A model generated the notes under the pieces. The model searched no databases. It worked only from the letters and a program-made list of their open reading frames with translations, and had not been told where the DNA came from. This document shows positions 30,001 to 37,400 of a DNA stretch of 49,670 nucleotides, piece after piece (positions within the stretch are counted from its first letter, which is position 1; each line of letters begins with the position of its first letter). The stretch is from a virus (lineage: Duplodnaviria; Caudoviricetes): the IMG/VR virus record IMGVR_UViG_3300020733_000023, positions 1 to 49,670 of that record; one strand, written 5' to 3'. A program made the translations under genes and the position numbers.

Positions 30001-31420
30001 CAGTAATATAATATGTTTGACCATTGGTAATACCAGAGCCTACTAGTCCACTACCACTAAACACAACAGGCATACCTGTTGCTAATCCAGCTGTTGAACT
30101 TAAAAGAATGTAACTACCTGTTGCTGTTGTTGCTGTAGCTGTTACGTTTACAGGAGAGTAACTAAAGTTAACACTCATACCTGGTACAATACCAGTTGTT
30201 GATGTTACTGTAAATGAATTGTTACTTGATGTATTAGCTGCTGTTACAACTTGTGTAATAGGAGCACTATCAGTAGTAGCTAGATATGTATAACCATCTT
30301 GTCTTACAACGTTACCTGTTTTGTATGATGTTGAAGTATTCCAATCACCTACAAAATTAAATCCTGTTGTATACACTACCCAGTATGAAGTAGCTGTACT
30401 TGGAACTTGATTAGTATTATTTTGTGTTGCTACGTATGAATAACCACCGTAGGTAACAATATCACCTGCAATGTATGCAGTTGAATTTGACCAAGAATTT
30501 TGAAACTCAAGACCATTTAAGAATGTTTGGAAGTATGTTCCAGTAGCATCAATTGCCGCGCCCGATGTATGAGGTGCTACGCAAATCCATAGATCAGCGC
30601 CTTGTTTAACTACGTCGTTAACACGATAGCGTGTACTTGACTGCCATGCACCTAGATAAGTAATACCGGCATTGAATACTTGCCAGTTAGCTGCATTATT
30701 TTCTAAACCTAGTATTGTTGTTCCAGCAGAGTTATGTGGAGTAGTACAGTAGTAAACATATCCACCGTAACTTACAATATCACCAACATGGTAATATGTT
30801 GATACTGTCCAACTGTTTCTCCAGTTGAATGCATTAGCAAAAATATCCCAATCTGCTTGATCAGCTTCTAAGCCTCCAACAGCATTTACATAACCATTAA
30901 CTGTTGCAGCACCTGCCTGAGAGCTAGCAAATGATACTTGAACTGTAGTACATGATGTTACTGTAAATGTACCGTTGTAACCACTTGGTTGCATACCGGT
31001 AACTGTAATAGTTTGTCCAACTGCAAAAGGTGCACTTGCTTGTGCGCTAAAGGTTAGTGTTGCTAGACCGTTAACACCACTTGCCGAGGTAACAGCAACA
31101 GATGTTGCACCTGCTGATGGACTAGAAAAGTGTGCTGCATTACATTGGTAGACTACACCATAATATTTTACTAAATCACCTACATTATAGTATGTTGATG
31201 TAGACCAAGTATTTTTCCAACTTTGACCGTCGGATACTAAACTCCATTTTGGTGGAGCAAAGTTAAGGTCGGTTACAAACAGTGTAGAAGCTGTATGACT
31301 CACTACGCAGATATATGTTTTTCCGCTTACAGTGACCACGTCGTCTACTACATATGATGTACCTGTTGTCCAGTTACCTTGGTATACAAATTTAATTCTA
31401 CCTAAATAAAATTCAGCCAT
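15095..31420 (-). CDS. Giant (5441 aa) virion fibre/structural protein: Trp-rich YxxGDxV repeats, helical RD..YD..GGN repeats, probable beta-helix, Asp-box beta-propeller, many inserted beta modules
   Basis: 16.3 kb uninterrupted ORF, Thr/Gly/Ser/Ala-rich; W...T.Y..GD.V repeats at the N-terminus; YVA.TG.D, GDELR, S.DG..W Asp-box repeats; C-terminal HDFL.IG, F.STDQDGNF.VG, PTQKAI shared with the 2661-aa paralog. Confidence 0.85.
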   Translation of the reverse strand: MAEFYLGRIKFVYQGNWTTGTSYVVDDVVTVSGKTYICVVSHTASTLFVTDLNFAPPKWSLVSDGQSWKNTWSTSTYYNVGDLVKYYGVVYQCNAAHFSSPSAGATSVAVTSASGVNGLATLTFSAQASAPFAVGQTITVTGMQPSGYNGTFTVTSCTTVQVSFASSQAGAATVNGYVNAVGGLEADQADWDIFANAFNWRNSWTVSTYYHVGDIVSYGGYVYYCTTPHNSAGTTILGLENNAANWQVFNAGITYLGAWQSSTRYRVNDVVKQGADLWICVAPHTSGAAIDATGTYFQTFLNGLEFQNSWSNSTAYIAGDIVTYGGYSYVATQNNTNQVPSTATSYWVVYTTGFNFVGDWNTSTSYKTGNVVRQDGYTYLATTDSAPITQVVTAANTSSNNSFTVTSTTGIVPGMSVNFSYSPVNVTATATTATGSYILLSSTAGLATGMPVVFSGSGLVGSGITNGQTYYITAIAGAQIVVSLNFQGSPITLTSTSSGTRTGVAGGYQGGVVGTATYYVQSVPDSTHFTIATTQAGNALSLVPASGLMTAVIAVQPPNGSYWARLNNGFQWTNYPQTFSAPTVTTVTGTGSSATFSVQTSGTVYTVTLTSGGSGYAAGNVLKIAGNLVGGLSPANDILITVGTTTGAITSGNFTFTGFASTWQAGQTYNLGDVTFWGASSYTCVQTHVSATANRPDSDLTASFWNLLASGAEVATLTTQGDTFYYGPNGPTRLPIGSNGQILRVTNGYPTWSTYGLINNLVYVAPTGTDAPAPGYGLSIDTPWQSVRYACQQIEAGYQNPQAQMLLQMNKQFMMQEVSNYVTYTYNATVTGTSTGAFLTSNTAGLTLGQPIRFASAQSFLLTGVAVSTTTTYYVKAITNNTSFTVSATLNGAALNATGTGTTTVSYYTSLASEVARDAGIVIDAFIFDLGHGGTSKTTAAALAYFTTAGNTFINTAVQAQANVFIGALNYLSTLTGLVLSNTAPGSNYQTLNGISVGNQAIQQINVNYTAEANTITQTQSYISIVTTGLLAGTTTAIPTVINPQTTISIKTGTYNEVLPINVPSFTALVGDELRSTVVQPMAADTQLATVIPKNAAALTRIQSLIPNLMSNTTITPTSGNTTSQVTSLPAASTGSTAAITNLKTAYTTLYDIVASGTGDTPVIVMPSPTGWAAGSLTNVAYACTGNLTGSTAGYANGVAQIKQNYSFLVNDALGYLQTNYASIWSAEGSTNTVSGYRDLATILDSIVYDMTYGGNSMSERAGSSYYSFYALNILASEKAPFIQAITRLQTVIGSVVTASVVSPTNTTITQVTSGSAGSSSAATYAQALLTMVIDWISNGSADTITYPYTGWVTSDLQAAFAAVNAQIVNNNIQLDTLGWVTKYYQNVTLSTSLTQRDAGLTATYLAYDMIFGSNFNAIQCGRAYCRTNASDIAVRSYPELAPTLGAINFQYYKVKQIAASGAVAQIQTTIDDINAFLVGGVAPPLPTWPQPALPSGITYSAVAGTNLTGTGSSATFNITRYNNGNGTITTVNGTIVNAGGSGYSVGNTIKILGTQIGGVSPSNDIVLTVSQASTGAIVAVTESSVHGALRLLESNRSFILAELIAYINANYSSITTNPNYTVAKTQRDMGYILDAIHYDLLYGGNWQTQEAGMAYYSAIYGTQITSGFGTAFSATVGYASTLVQSIVVNSAVVSPLQGTVTQVLAGAIQTIGNAPVATNAAALFTIVTNYITNGLTTGAPTATVTTIASGTTFTTGSVHGLSIGDIVIPQTTSNGLVSTVIGSGTTYFVASVPTTSSFTLAASYNGATLTSFTNGTGLSIAVQTVNMPNIAWAGTTSLAAFQAASAALASSYQTQVVTYINTNYPSLTYNSTYAQRDTVKVTRAALYDMLLGSNFASMTAGRAYNRTQDYLVQGYEKKATVAALNYLATLVGSTLSPYTSQATTVNTLFNLVVGYLSSASNTVKPEVNGTVSYNNNVNLIKGAEILRANIPFLASEVVAYYAANYGGTVSTLSATGNLITTSGNHNLNVNDPVVFSGTAAGNIAINTVYYVASTPTTTTFTITTVEGYLNTNTGTTYSTVALTSVASPTLTVAYYHQPAQTRSDITYFLNALIYDLQYTGNYRSLRVAQVLYNAVNGSQLSNMWLVRNGCGVRNMTLTGLNGTLTNPNAYGTQRPTAGAYTSLDPGFGPYDSNAWVSSRSTYVQNVTLFGNGCTGLKIDGALHAGGNRSIVANDYTTIMSDGIGAWCTGSGALTELVSVFCYYSYSGYLAELGGKIRATNGNSSYGTYGVIAEGVDSYEVPLYANLNNRANGAYITNVLTDNVTQVLRMEYENAGQNYTNVQYTIGGTGYNTVAVGNEFRDGAVFESRLIDLNDGNGVGGANYLAQSNIGQGGNTYSITIAGTDLQLATAYIGERILLTAGSGVGQTGFIVAYNNGSKVMCIAKESFTSLTVASTSASTNAFTLASGNTNSLYNNMPIWFTGNLLGGSNISLATPGNTPYYVIGTSLSPNGTTFQVALTTNGTPITLSNSSGSMTVVAAGWDHVVPGKTISNALDLTTQYIIEPRITYSAPGYTATARTLPSTQEWTAVTYAAGYYVAVSGTPLGANTAAYSSDGKNWSLSGQLPTSQNWQSLTYGGGQGATATAVVGGLGGVGCVLSCTLGTGLASNQIASVTVVSGGTGYLTAPTIVFTSASGSNAVATAIVLNGVVQSVTVVSPGSGYLTVPTVTAATDRLTSIIVNRAGQDYCIAPNVTISGGGSSSQATALATISNTGVSTIGLLTTGSGYTSTPTVTITDTNAKFIATANGVINTAYQTPANLAGTWTAGGSLPSVGFVATAYGTISSTPTWVAVGGTNLAASSSDGLSWISKVIPSLALGSYVSVAYGAGYFVAISNNTATAVSLNGNTWTVGGALPSSQNWTSVTYGNGRFVAVSGTGTVSAYSIDFGTTWFSPGAGLPSVQNWKNVTYGQGTFMAISDDVSAPLSVSSVSRVGAASIASVSRVGTAAVSTVARVGSAGTSTVQRYGTFNFYSTARSGSTVTVNTGTAVQTTLATATVTTSIVGLSGQFTIAVSSTTGIYKGMLVTGTGIGANATVSNSWDGTSTVLLTVANSSNPSGTGTFGNNAVTVGSTAGITVGTNVAGTNVSGTVTAIYTSPGNVVILSATNSGTPSGTGTFYTTVAHGLTIGGVTTTATGLINTNYVTVNSTSGLMVGMSVSAGTGFVIGSTITAINGSTLTLSSALTAGVTGGSVTFTYNVTIANSTSGLDATNVAITVTTTSAFTYTLGSGSVSTTYTTTGLVTPSTITAFVTTATPGLWTTVSTTATTGTVVGGVIPAAITVANTSGVYTGMAVNDLYGSATLTPSATSTSGNLITVPSTATLVPGQPIQFTGTALVSTINGSQNSSQSISITGGVLTGTIGTLTFAAQAAVPFVPNQTITITGANPPGLNANWVVQSATKTSVTFATALSSAAVTPTLTGAAVGTPGLFTVSSTTGLATGEAITFTSVIQTPTLTATTHATFTTTGSGISGTTLTIGTITAGTIVVGAVITGGTIPAGTYITANLAGGSTNGSTWSISNWVGTTVPTQTSQAINGTVDLVTLANTTGIVIGESFIPTTSNGGLTALTTYYVTSVISATNQIGVSATYLGNNLTLTTTTGRTDATTFGSVFGGLSSGTTYYIASIPTPGANGTLTLSTSATLTPTFNVTTGANGSWTSSAGAVLAVGTIASGANIVPLASTTGAVTGQSIYFSAPTTTSGTVISTNATGNLIQVNNTTGLVIGQSITLSGNVSGTNLTAGQQYFILTIPTPGANGTITVANTVGGTAIVVNTIASFGTPPTFSASYAISGSALNTYSSGTPTVAGSVGSNIAINTQGLGFGVGQPVTFGTAFGNVSTSTTYFIQALNSAGINGYIAPGTATTFTGSISGTTLTVASVPTGTGITTGMVLSGGSIGTSVYIVSNLTGTGTSSSSTWTINTTVSQTSTTITATPVLLTVTTVGSGTVTPGMYLSGGTITANTMIVANNSGSGGTGTYFVNINQTKDTSGSPGSYNTTSINITTSQGGGGAFTAGQGGTGTATIVGAVQVASIYGLVAGETISFGGSTGASGISTGTTQYFIVDVIGSGIPGVITLSTTYNGSYLSITGASLSTATFVAGNPVQLPVSSTGSLPTNTVAVTSTSGNNITTTSTVNGLGIAAGQPVTFSSSSGNIVAGIVYYVLTASGTTMTISQTPSGSTFAVGTGTTNTANIQGTVQLASTTGLTVGQPVTFSAASIPGTVTATNATGNLITVGNTAALVIGQAIAFSGTLTGTGITSGQTYFVLTIPTPGAGGTITVSATYGGTVLPVLTNASVSATYSAGGPGYVTPNATATSSSGNTVTLSSVTGVSVGQPIVFAGTGLVGSGIVNSQIYYVLSIVSSNITIGLTQGGSAVTLANASSGTLATTIGGNLFGNLNTNSFYYITTISGNTIAISQAQGSTPYVHILAQGLATGTAGGTAFGNMLANTPYYITAITGNNLTISTSFGGSTYVPGNASGAAITSVSGLANTGLNGGTIYFVLAVPSTTTFTVTATQYGTLATPLITTNLGTTVALAGGYLPAGTTVFSINYQTNTVTLSANPIAPMSTAQIFFLPIVTIANTLTVDGTFTVNPVSANVFLLKSTGASIAAGTAIATGTATFVTPTSTVVTSIAHGYLTGYTVNISGTAASSVTGFDQTGVSINVINATSFTFTNTGYASVATTSATTGTVTPNTPVAFATITTSAPHYFTTGLSVTISGVSTTGFNASGVTITVTGANTFTYSNTGISVATTSVTGASASSATNIATLTTQSAHGLTTGNTVTIVGTGVVGFDVANTTITVTGALTFTYTDAGSSIGATSATGFVYLPSNVAATSSDGINWTSQTLPSASSWRAVAFGNPNNNPLFVAISDTPGTYAASIHTGATSQGRAKVTSGAISEIRMIEPGSGYPKGAVSATYAPVTLTVNSSSTTNITVAATITGVVANQPITFASAVGSLSANTTYYVVSASGTTLTVSNVVGGSALSVGTTTSLNIAATTQSIVVVDNTENLVANQPVEFQGTLTGSGLSLNTQYYPITGSISSTSFAVTLTSGSLAPVGLSAATLSATYTSGPIFTITDVNKTRAASIRVRTGNGVLGNPAFTNRGNNNVTSNATVTGDGFSDLYQPASFINVSNMFSIPTPGANVTFASVPGVYYKLVTISNILGTAGNYTATWQINPSLTTYLAPAHNDLITTRLKYSQTRLTGHDFLYIGTGNFTQTNYPNVNIANAIQANQELFSGGGRVFFTSTDQDGNFNVGGLFAVQQATGTATLNASAFNLSGLQSLQLGNLTVGTGSAVITSFSSDPYFTANSDNILPTQKAIKTFITSQIGGGQSSLNVNTLTAGVVFIAGNVITTTTGGQIQVKAKMNFVGGIDGAAVAMPFFMQR

Positions 31421-31444
31421 TTTATTCCGTTCCTCTTGATATTA

Positions 31445-31453
31445 TATTTATGC
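31445..31453 (-). promoter_or_regulatory. T4-like late promoter
   Basis: GCATAAATA on - strand upstream of the 5441-aa gene. Confidence 0.65.
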
Positions 31454-31478
31454 TCTGCTTGGTTTTTACTTTTTCCAC

Positions 31479-34400
31479 TTAGAACGTGCCTCGCCGAGAT
31501 CCGTTCTTAATAAAGAAGTCAAGTGCAAATGCGTTTCCATCTAACTGTCCAAATCCGTTATTACCGTTGAAATTGGCTTTAGCTTGGAATTTAATGCTGG
31601 CACTGTTGGCTTTTGGCCCTGATACTTGTCTAATGCTGTTGTCAATCACGTTAGGACCACCGATAATTACGTCACCTGATGTAACTTGACCAGTACTTGT
31701 GTTTGATCCGCCTTGACTTAAACGACTACTTAGATAACTTCTAATAGCCTTTTGTGTAGGAACAATAGCATCTGAGTTAGCAACAAAGGTTGCATCTGTA
31801 CTAAATTGTGTAATAACGATCTGACTTGAACCAATTGCAACGCCTTGCAATGTCAACTGTGTCAAACCGCTTAGGTTAAACTGTGATGCACTAATTGTAA
31901 CAGTACCAGTTGCTTGTTGAACAGCAAACAAGTTACCAACTTTAAAGTTACCATCTTGGTCAGTTGACGAAAAGAATATACGTCCATAGTTAATTTCAAC
32001 TGTTTGATTTCCAGCTGCAACTCCAGTAACACCTAAACTTGTAGACAAAGGTAATCCTGGATATCCAGATTGATATTGATCGCCAAATCCAATATTTAAG
32101 AAGTCATGATTGGTCATACGACACTGACTATATTTCTCTCTAATAATAAAGCTATTGCCATTTGCAGTTGCTAGCGATGTTAATATTCCTGGACTTACTG
32201 TTAGCAAGGCTGTAATATTTGGTGCTGTTGTACCGTTTAAAACTTTACAACTTGTCACTTTATAAATGTTTGGATCGCCAGTGATAGTTAAGTCATCACC
32301 TGGACGAACTGCTAGAGATAGATTGTTAACATACAAATTCAGTCCTGTTTGATAATTATCAGCATAGCCTGTACCATTAATATAAATGGTTGTAGTATTT
32401 GTATTATATCCTAATCCTCTATTAGCAAATGTTGGACCTGCTAAAGTCATATTACCAAGTCGGGTAACAGGAGCCGATAATGTAGTAACGTTAGGATCAA
32501 ATATTGTTAATACAGCAGAACCTGCTCCAGTGCCTGCTGCATAATTTGATCCAGGTTCAAACATGTTAACGCTTGACATAACTCCTGAGAAGATAACGCC
32601 TCTACCTTTTGCGCGACATCCTGCAAATATTTGTGATGTAGAACTAGCATCACCAGAAATAGTTACAAATACGCCATTATATGGCGATGCCGCAGTTGAA
32701 GCTGTGTATCCGAATGCAATATTTTGATAACCGCTTGCTGCTATAGTTTGCGTAGTCCATATGATACCATCTTCGCTGGTATATGCAGTACCTGTAGACG
32801 AACTCACTGCAACAAACACACCTTGCCCATAGGAAATCTTATCAGCTGAGAAGCTATAAGGACTTACGTTCCAAGTAACACCATCAAAACTATATATTGG
32901 ACTACCTGCAGGATTTGAAATCGCTACAAACTTGTTGCCGCCATAGCAGATACTAGTCCAGTTGTTACCAACTGGTAATGTGCCAACACTCCAACCTGTA
33001 ATCGTTGAAGTACCTTGTGTCTGGATATATCCATATGTTGTTGATGCTGGTGCTAGTGCAACGAATGTACCAGAACCGTAGGCAATATTAGTCCAAGAGT
33101 TAACTTGTGGTAATGTTATGCCGCTCCATGATTGACCTAGTGTAGTTGAAAATGCACTAGTATTAGTACCAGAAGCTAGTGCTACATAAAATCCATTACC
33201 GTATTGAACTGACGACCAAGTAGTTAGAGACGGAAGATTAGTGGTGTTAAACACTGCTCCATTATTATTTGAATAGAGCGCCTGCTGGCTACCGGATTGA
33301 ACAATAACCCAAGAACTATTTCCTCCAGCAATACTACTCCAAGAGCCTGATATCGGTAGTGCTTGTGACGACCATGTTGTACCATCTGTAGTAACGCTTA
33401 CACTATTGCCTGCATTAGCTATAGCCATCCACATATAATTGCTATAAGCAATATTAGCATATACTCCGGTAGTTAATACCACGGCATTGCCAGTAGTTTG
33501 ACTAAATGGAGGAAGGCTATAAGTTAATCTTGGTTCGATAAAGTACACACTGGTAATATCTAAACTAGCTACTGGGGGTGTTCCTGGATTAACGTGATCC
33601 CAGCCTACCCAACCAAACTGCATGTTTCCAGTCCCGGTTGTTAGATTTACAGCCGATGCACCACCTGCTGCTGTTGTTGCAATTTGAATAGTATTCGGTG
33701 TACCTGGATTAATATTAAGAATATAATAGGTTTGACCTGCTTGAACACCGCCAAACAGGCTAGTTGAATAAATGGTATTCATCGAACCTGTTGTATAACT
33801 CAATGCTACCTTGGCGCTAGTTGTTGTACCTATCATCGTGCCACCAGTATTTGATGTTAGGACTACAGGAGTTCCTGATGTATTAACAATCATAGATCCA
33901 GCACCGTTTTGTACAGGGAATGCACCGCCGCCTACGGTAGTGGTAATAGTTATTGCACCAGTGAACACGCCGGCGATGTAATAGGTCTGTCCAGCGGTAA
34001 TACCACCAAATGGGTTACCAATAAATTTAATTGGGTTGCCGACAACCATACCAGCAGTTGAAGCAACAGTAATACGACTATTAGCACCGTTAGCAACTGT
34101 TGCTGTTGTAGTCTTTAAATTTGAAGTAATATTAAACTGTGTTCCATTACTTGAAATATTAGAAATATAGTATTTCTGACTAGAAGACACACCACCAATT
34201 AATCCACTAGAGAATATAATTGGAGTTAGTGCTAGTAAATTAGTTGTACTTGTAGTTGTCAATAATCCCGAAGCTGAATCTGTTGTTGATATTAGAATAT
34301 TTGTAAGAGCATTGGCTATACTAAATGTTGTGCTATCAATAACATCCTGAACATAGTAGATAGTACCATCAGTAATGTTTCCACCACCTAGTGTAGATCC

Positions 34401-37400
34401 AGTAAATTGTACTGGCATGCATGGAGTCATGTTACTAGTTGATGTAGCAGTTAGATAGTTTGTTCCGCCTGGAATAGCCATACCCATACTGCCGCTTGCT
34501 ACTGTAAGCAAACTAATCGGGGTAAGTGCAAGTGTTACTGACACTTGGAAATTATTGCCATCAATAATTGCCGATACATAATACTGGAAGTTTGTAATAA
34601 CTCCGCCAAACACAGTACCTGTAAATGTTACAGGCATACCAACATATAGTTGTGCAGTATTTGATGTGTAAAAACAGTTTGGTTGTCCAAACCCGGTTCC
34701 GCTACCAGCAAGGCTTGATGTGATTATGATAGTAGTTTGACTTGTAGCTATAGTAGTAGTTGTGTAGTATGTTGGAATAAACTGTATAGGTTGTCCCAGA
34801 TATAATTGACCCAGATTTGTACCATTAGCTAGTGTTAGATAGTTGTTTGTACTACTAGTTGATACAACTTGTAAATTTGTAAATGACTCTTTTAGTACGT
34901 AGGCATTTTTAGTAGTTGTGTTATAGTTTGAAATATAACCATACTGTCCTGCACCTGTTCCTGAGTTGATAAACACACGCATACCAACATAGTTAGTTGG
35001 TTGATTTGCATCTGCCTGTGATAAAGTTACATATTGTACAGTACCTGCTTGAGCATCGTTGCTGGCTGTTAGATAGCCTTGACCACCAACTCCGGTTCCT
35101 GGATCAGTTTGACGAGTTTGGAATACTGCATTAGTTCTTAATTCTTCTCCGACTGTCTGTACTGAATTACCTGCACCAGTAATAATGTAGTCTGCGTATG
35201 CGGTAAATGTATTATTATTGGTAGTTAGGTAGAATCCTAAAGTGGTTGCATTTCTTTCTAACTGTGCACCGTATAGTTTTGTAGTCTGGCCGTTGACGGC
35301 ACTTGGATATATTGTATATTGTAGTGTAGTCTGAGCAGCTGATGGGTCGTAGGCTGCAAACCAAATTCTAAACCAACCGTTGTTTTGATTTACTACACCA
35401 TATAATATAGGTGTAAATCCGCCATTAGTTGAAAATGGAGTTACTGTGTTCGCAGCAAAATTATATGTAATACCAGATACATAAGTTGAACCAAAGGTAG
35501 CTGTTAAATTAACTGTTGGGCTTGTTCCTTGATATACATATTGGCTAAGAACATAGTTCATTGCTGCACCACTAGGCACTGCACCACCGTATGTAAATGT
35601 TGCAATTGAGCTAGCACTTGCAGTTAGTGTAGCAACAGTGATCACAATATCATTAACACTGTCTAAACCACCCACTAAGCTACCAAGAATTCTAAATGTA
35701 TCACCAATAGAATATCCTGCATTAGGTGCGCCTGGATAGTTTAATGTTACAGTATATGCCGTAGCACTTACTGATACATTGAATAATGCACCGATACCAG
35801 AACTTGCTATGTTGACTACTGGGATAGCAGAATAAGATCCGCCGGATGTAGGAATAGTTACAGTTTGTGCAATACCAACACTTGAGTTAAAACTAGATGC
35901 TGTCCAGGCATTAACATTTCCGTCTGGACTTGTCTGGTTAATTTGTAGTAACAGCGCTGGACTTGCAAGGGTTGATAGGCCGTTAGTATCTAACCAAGGT
36001 TGACTACTAAACTGTCCAATATAGTTTCCGCTATATTTGAGTAAATTAGTAGTTGCTTGAGTATACTGCTGTCCTGCATTTTGATAGGTAATACTTAATA
36101 AATTTGCATTAGTACCAAACGCACTTTGTACAGTAGCAGTTGCGCCAAAGAATTGATTATAAATTTTTCCTGTAATAGGACTTTCTGTTGTATCATAACC
36201 TTCGGCAATGGCGCCATATTGACCATATGATGAGTTACCGTTAGCAGCACGAATCTTACCACCAGCTTCAGCATAATACGCACTATACGCATAGTAAGAG
36301 AACACAGAGATACACTCAGTTAATGCTCCTGTACCGTAACACCATACTCCGATACCATCTTGAATAACTTGTGTAAAGTCATTAGATACCATTGACTTAT
36401 TACCACCGTTATGTAGACTTCCGTCAATCTTAAATCCTGTACAACCAATACCAAATGTTGTTACGTTTTGAATATAAGGCGAGCGACGAATGATCCATAC
36501 ATTGGTGTCATTAGGGCCGGTACCTGGATCTAGAGCAACGTATGAACCGCCAGTTGGACGTTGGGTTCCAAAGGTATTGGCTGCTGTTAAGGTTCCTAAC
36601 TTGCCAACTAATGTTACATTACGTAGACCGGTTGCGTTGCGCATGCGGAACATATCCTGTATAGCATCACCGCCAAACACTTGCATTAACCCTGTTCCGC
36701 CCACTAGCTGTACAGCGGCTCCGCCTGCTGTTGCACTTACTTGGAATGTGGTTGATGTTAAGGTTGAGCCGATTACATAATAAGTTTGTCCAGCAGTCAT
36801 TGTACCGCCAGTAAATGTAGTTTGTGCTAAATTCTGTGCAGAACCACTTATACTATAAGTTCCAGTTGTTCCTAGTGCATTGCCTGTTGCTGTGCTACTT
36901 AGTTGTCCTGTAATAGTTGTTCCTAATACTAGGCCAGGCGCAACAAGATAGAATCCTGATTGCAATGTTCCTGATACAACTGTAGTAACTGTTAGTGTTG
37001 TTCCGGTAATAGATCCAACAAAATTAGTTGCTACAACTTCAAAAGGAACAATATTTAATGGAGTATCTGGATTGCTTGTTACAAATTGTACTGGGCAACG
37101 ATCGTACATGCCAGTAGTTGATGCTGCCGTAAATGTATTAGTTGCTTTTGTTGATGCTGTTATCGTTGTGTTGATGATTAATTTAGGTTGTACTACTGTA
37201 CCTCGTAATTCGTCACCGACAATCGCACAATTCTCAGGAACACTGATTGGCAGTGTCTCTGGGAATGTTCCTGTCTTAACCATTATAGTTACAGATATAC
37301 CTGCATTTGGTGCTGGTAAATTGTTACCTGTAGCATTGGTAATAGCAGTTATAACATAACCAATTAAGGTATCTACACCTGCAACTGCACCAGATTCGGC

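Noticed and set aside
15450-31985. Nucleotide similarity between ~15450-15530 and ~31900-31985 as a DGR template/variable repeat pair
   Set aside because: Both copies are in-frame coding C-termini of the paralogs, and the differences are not adenine-specific.
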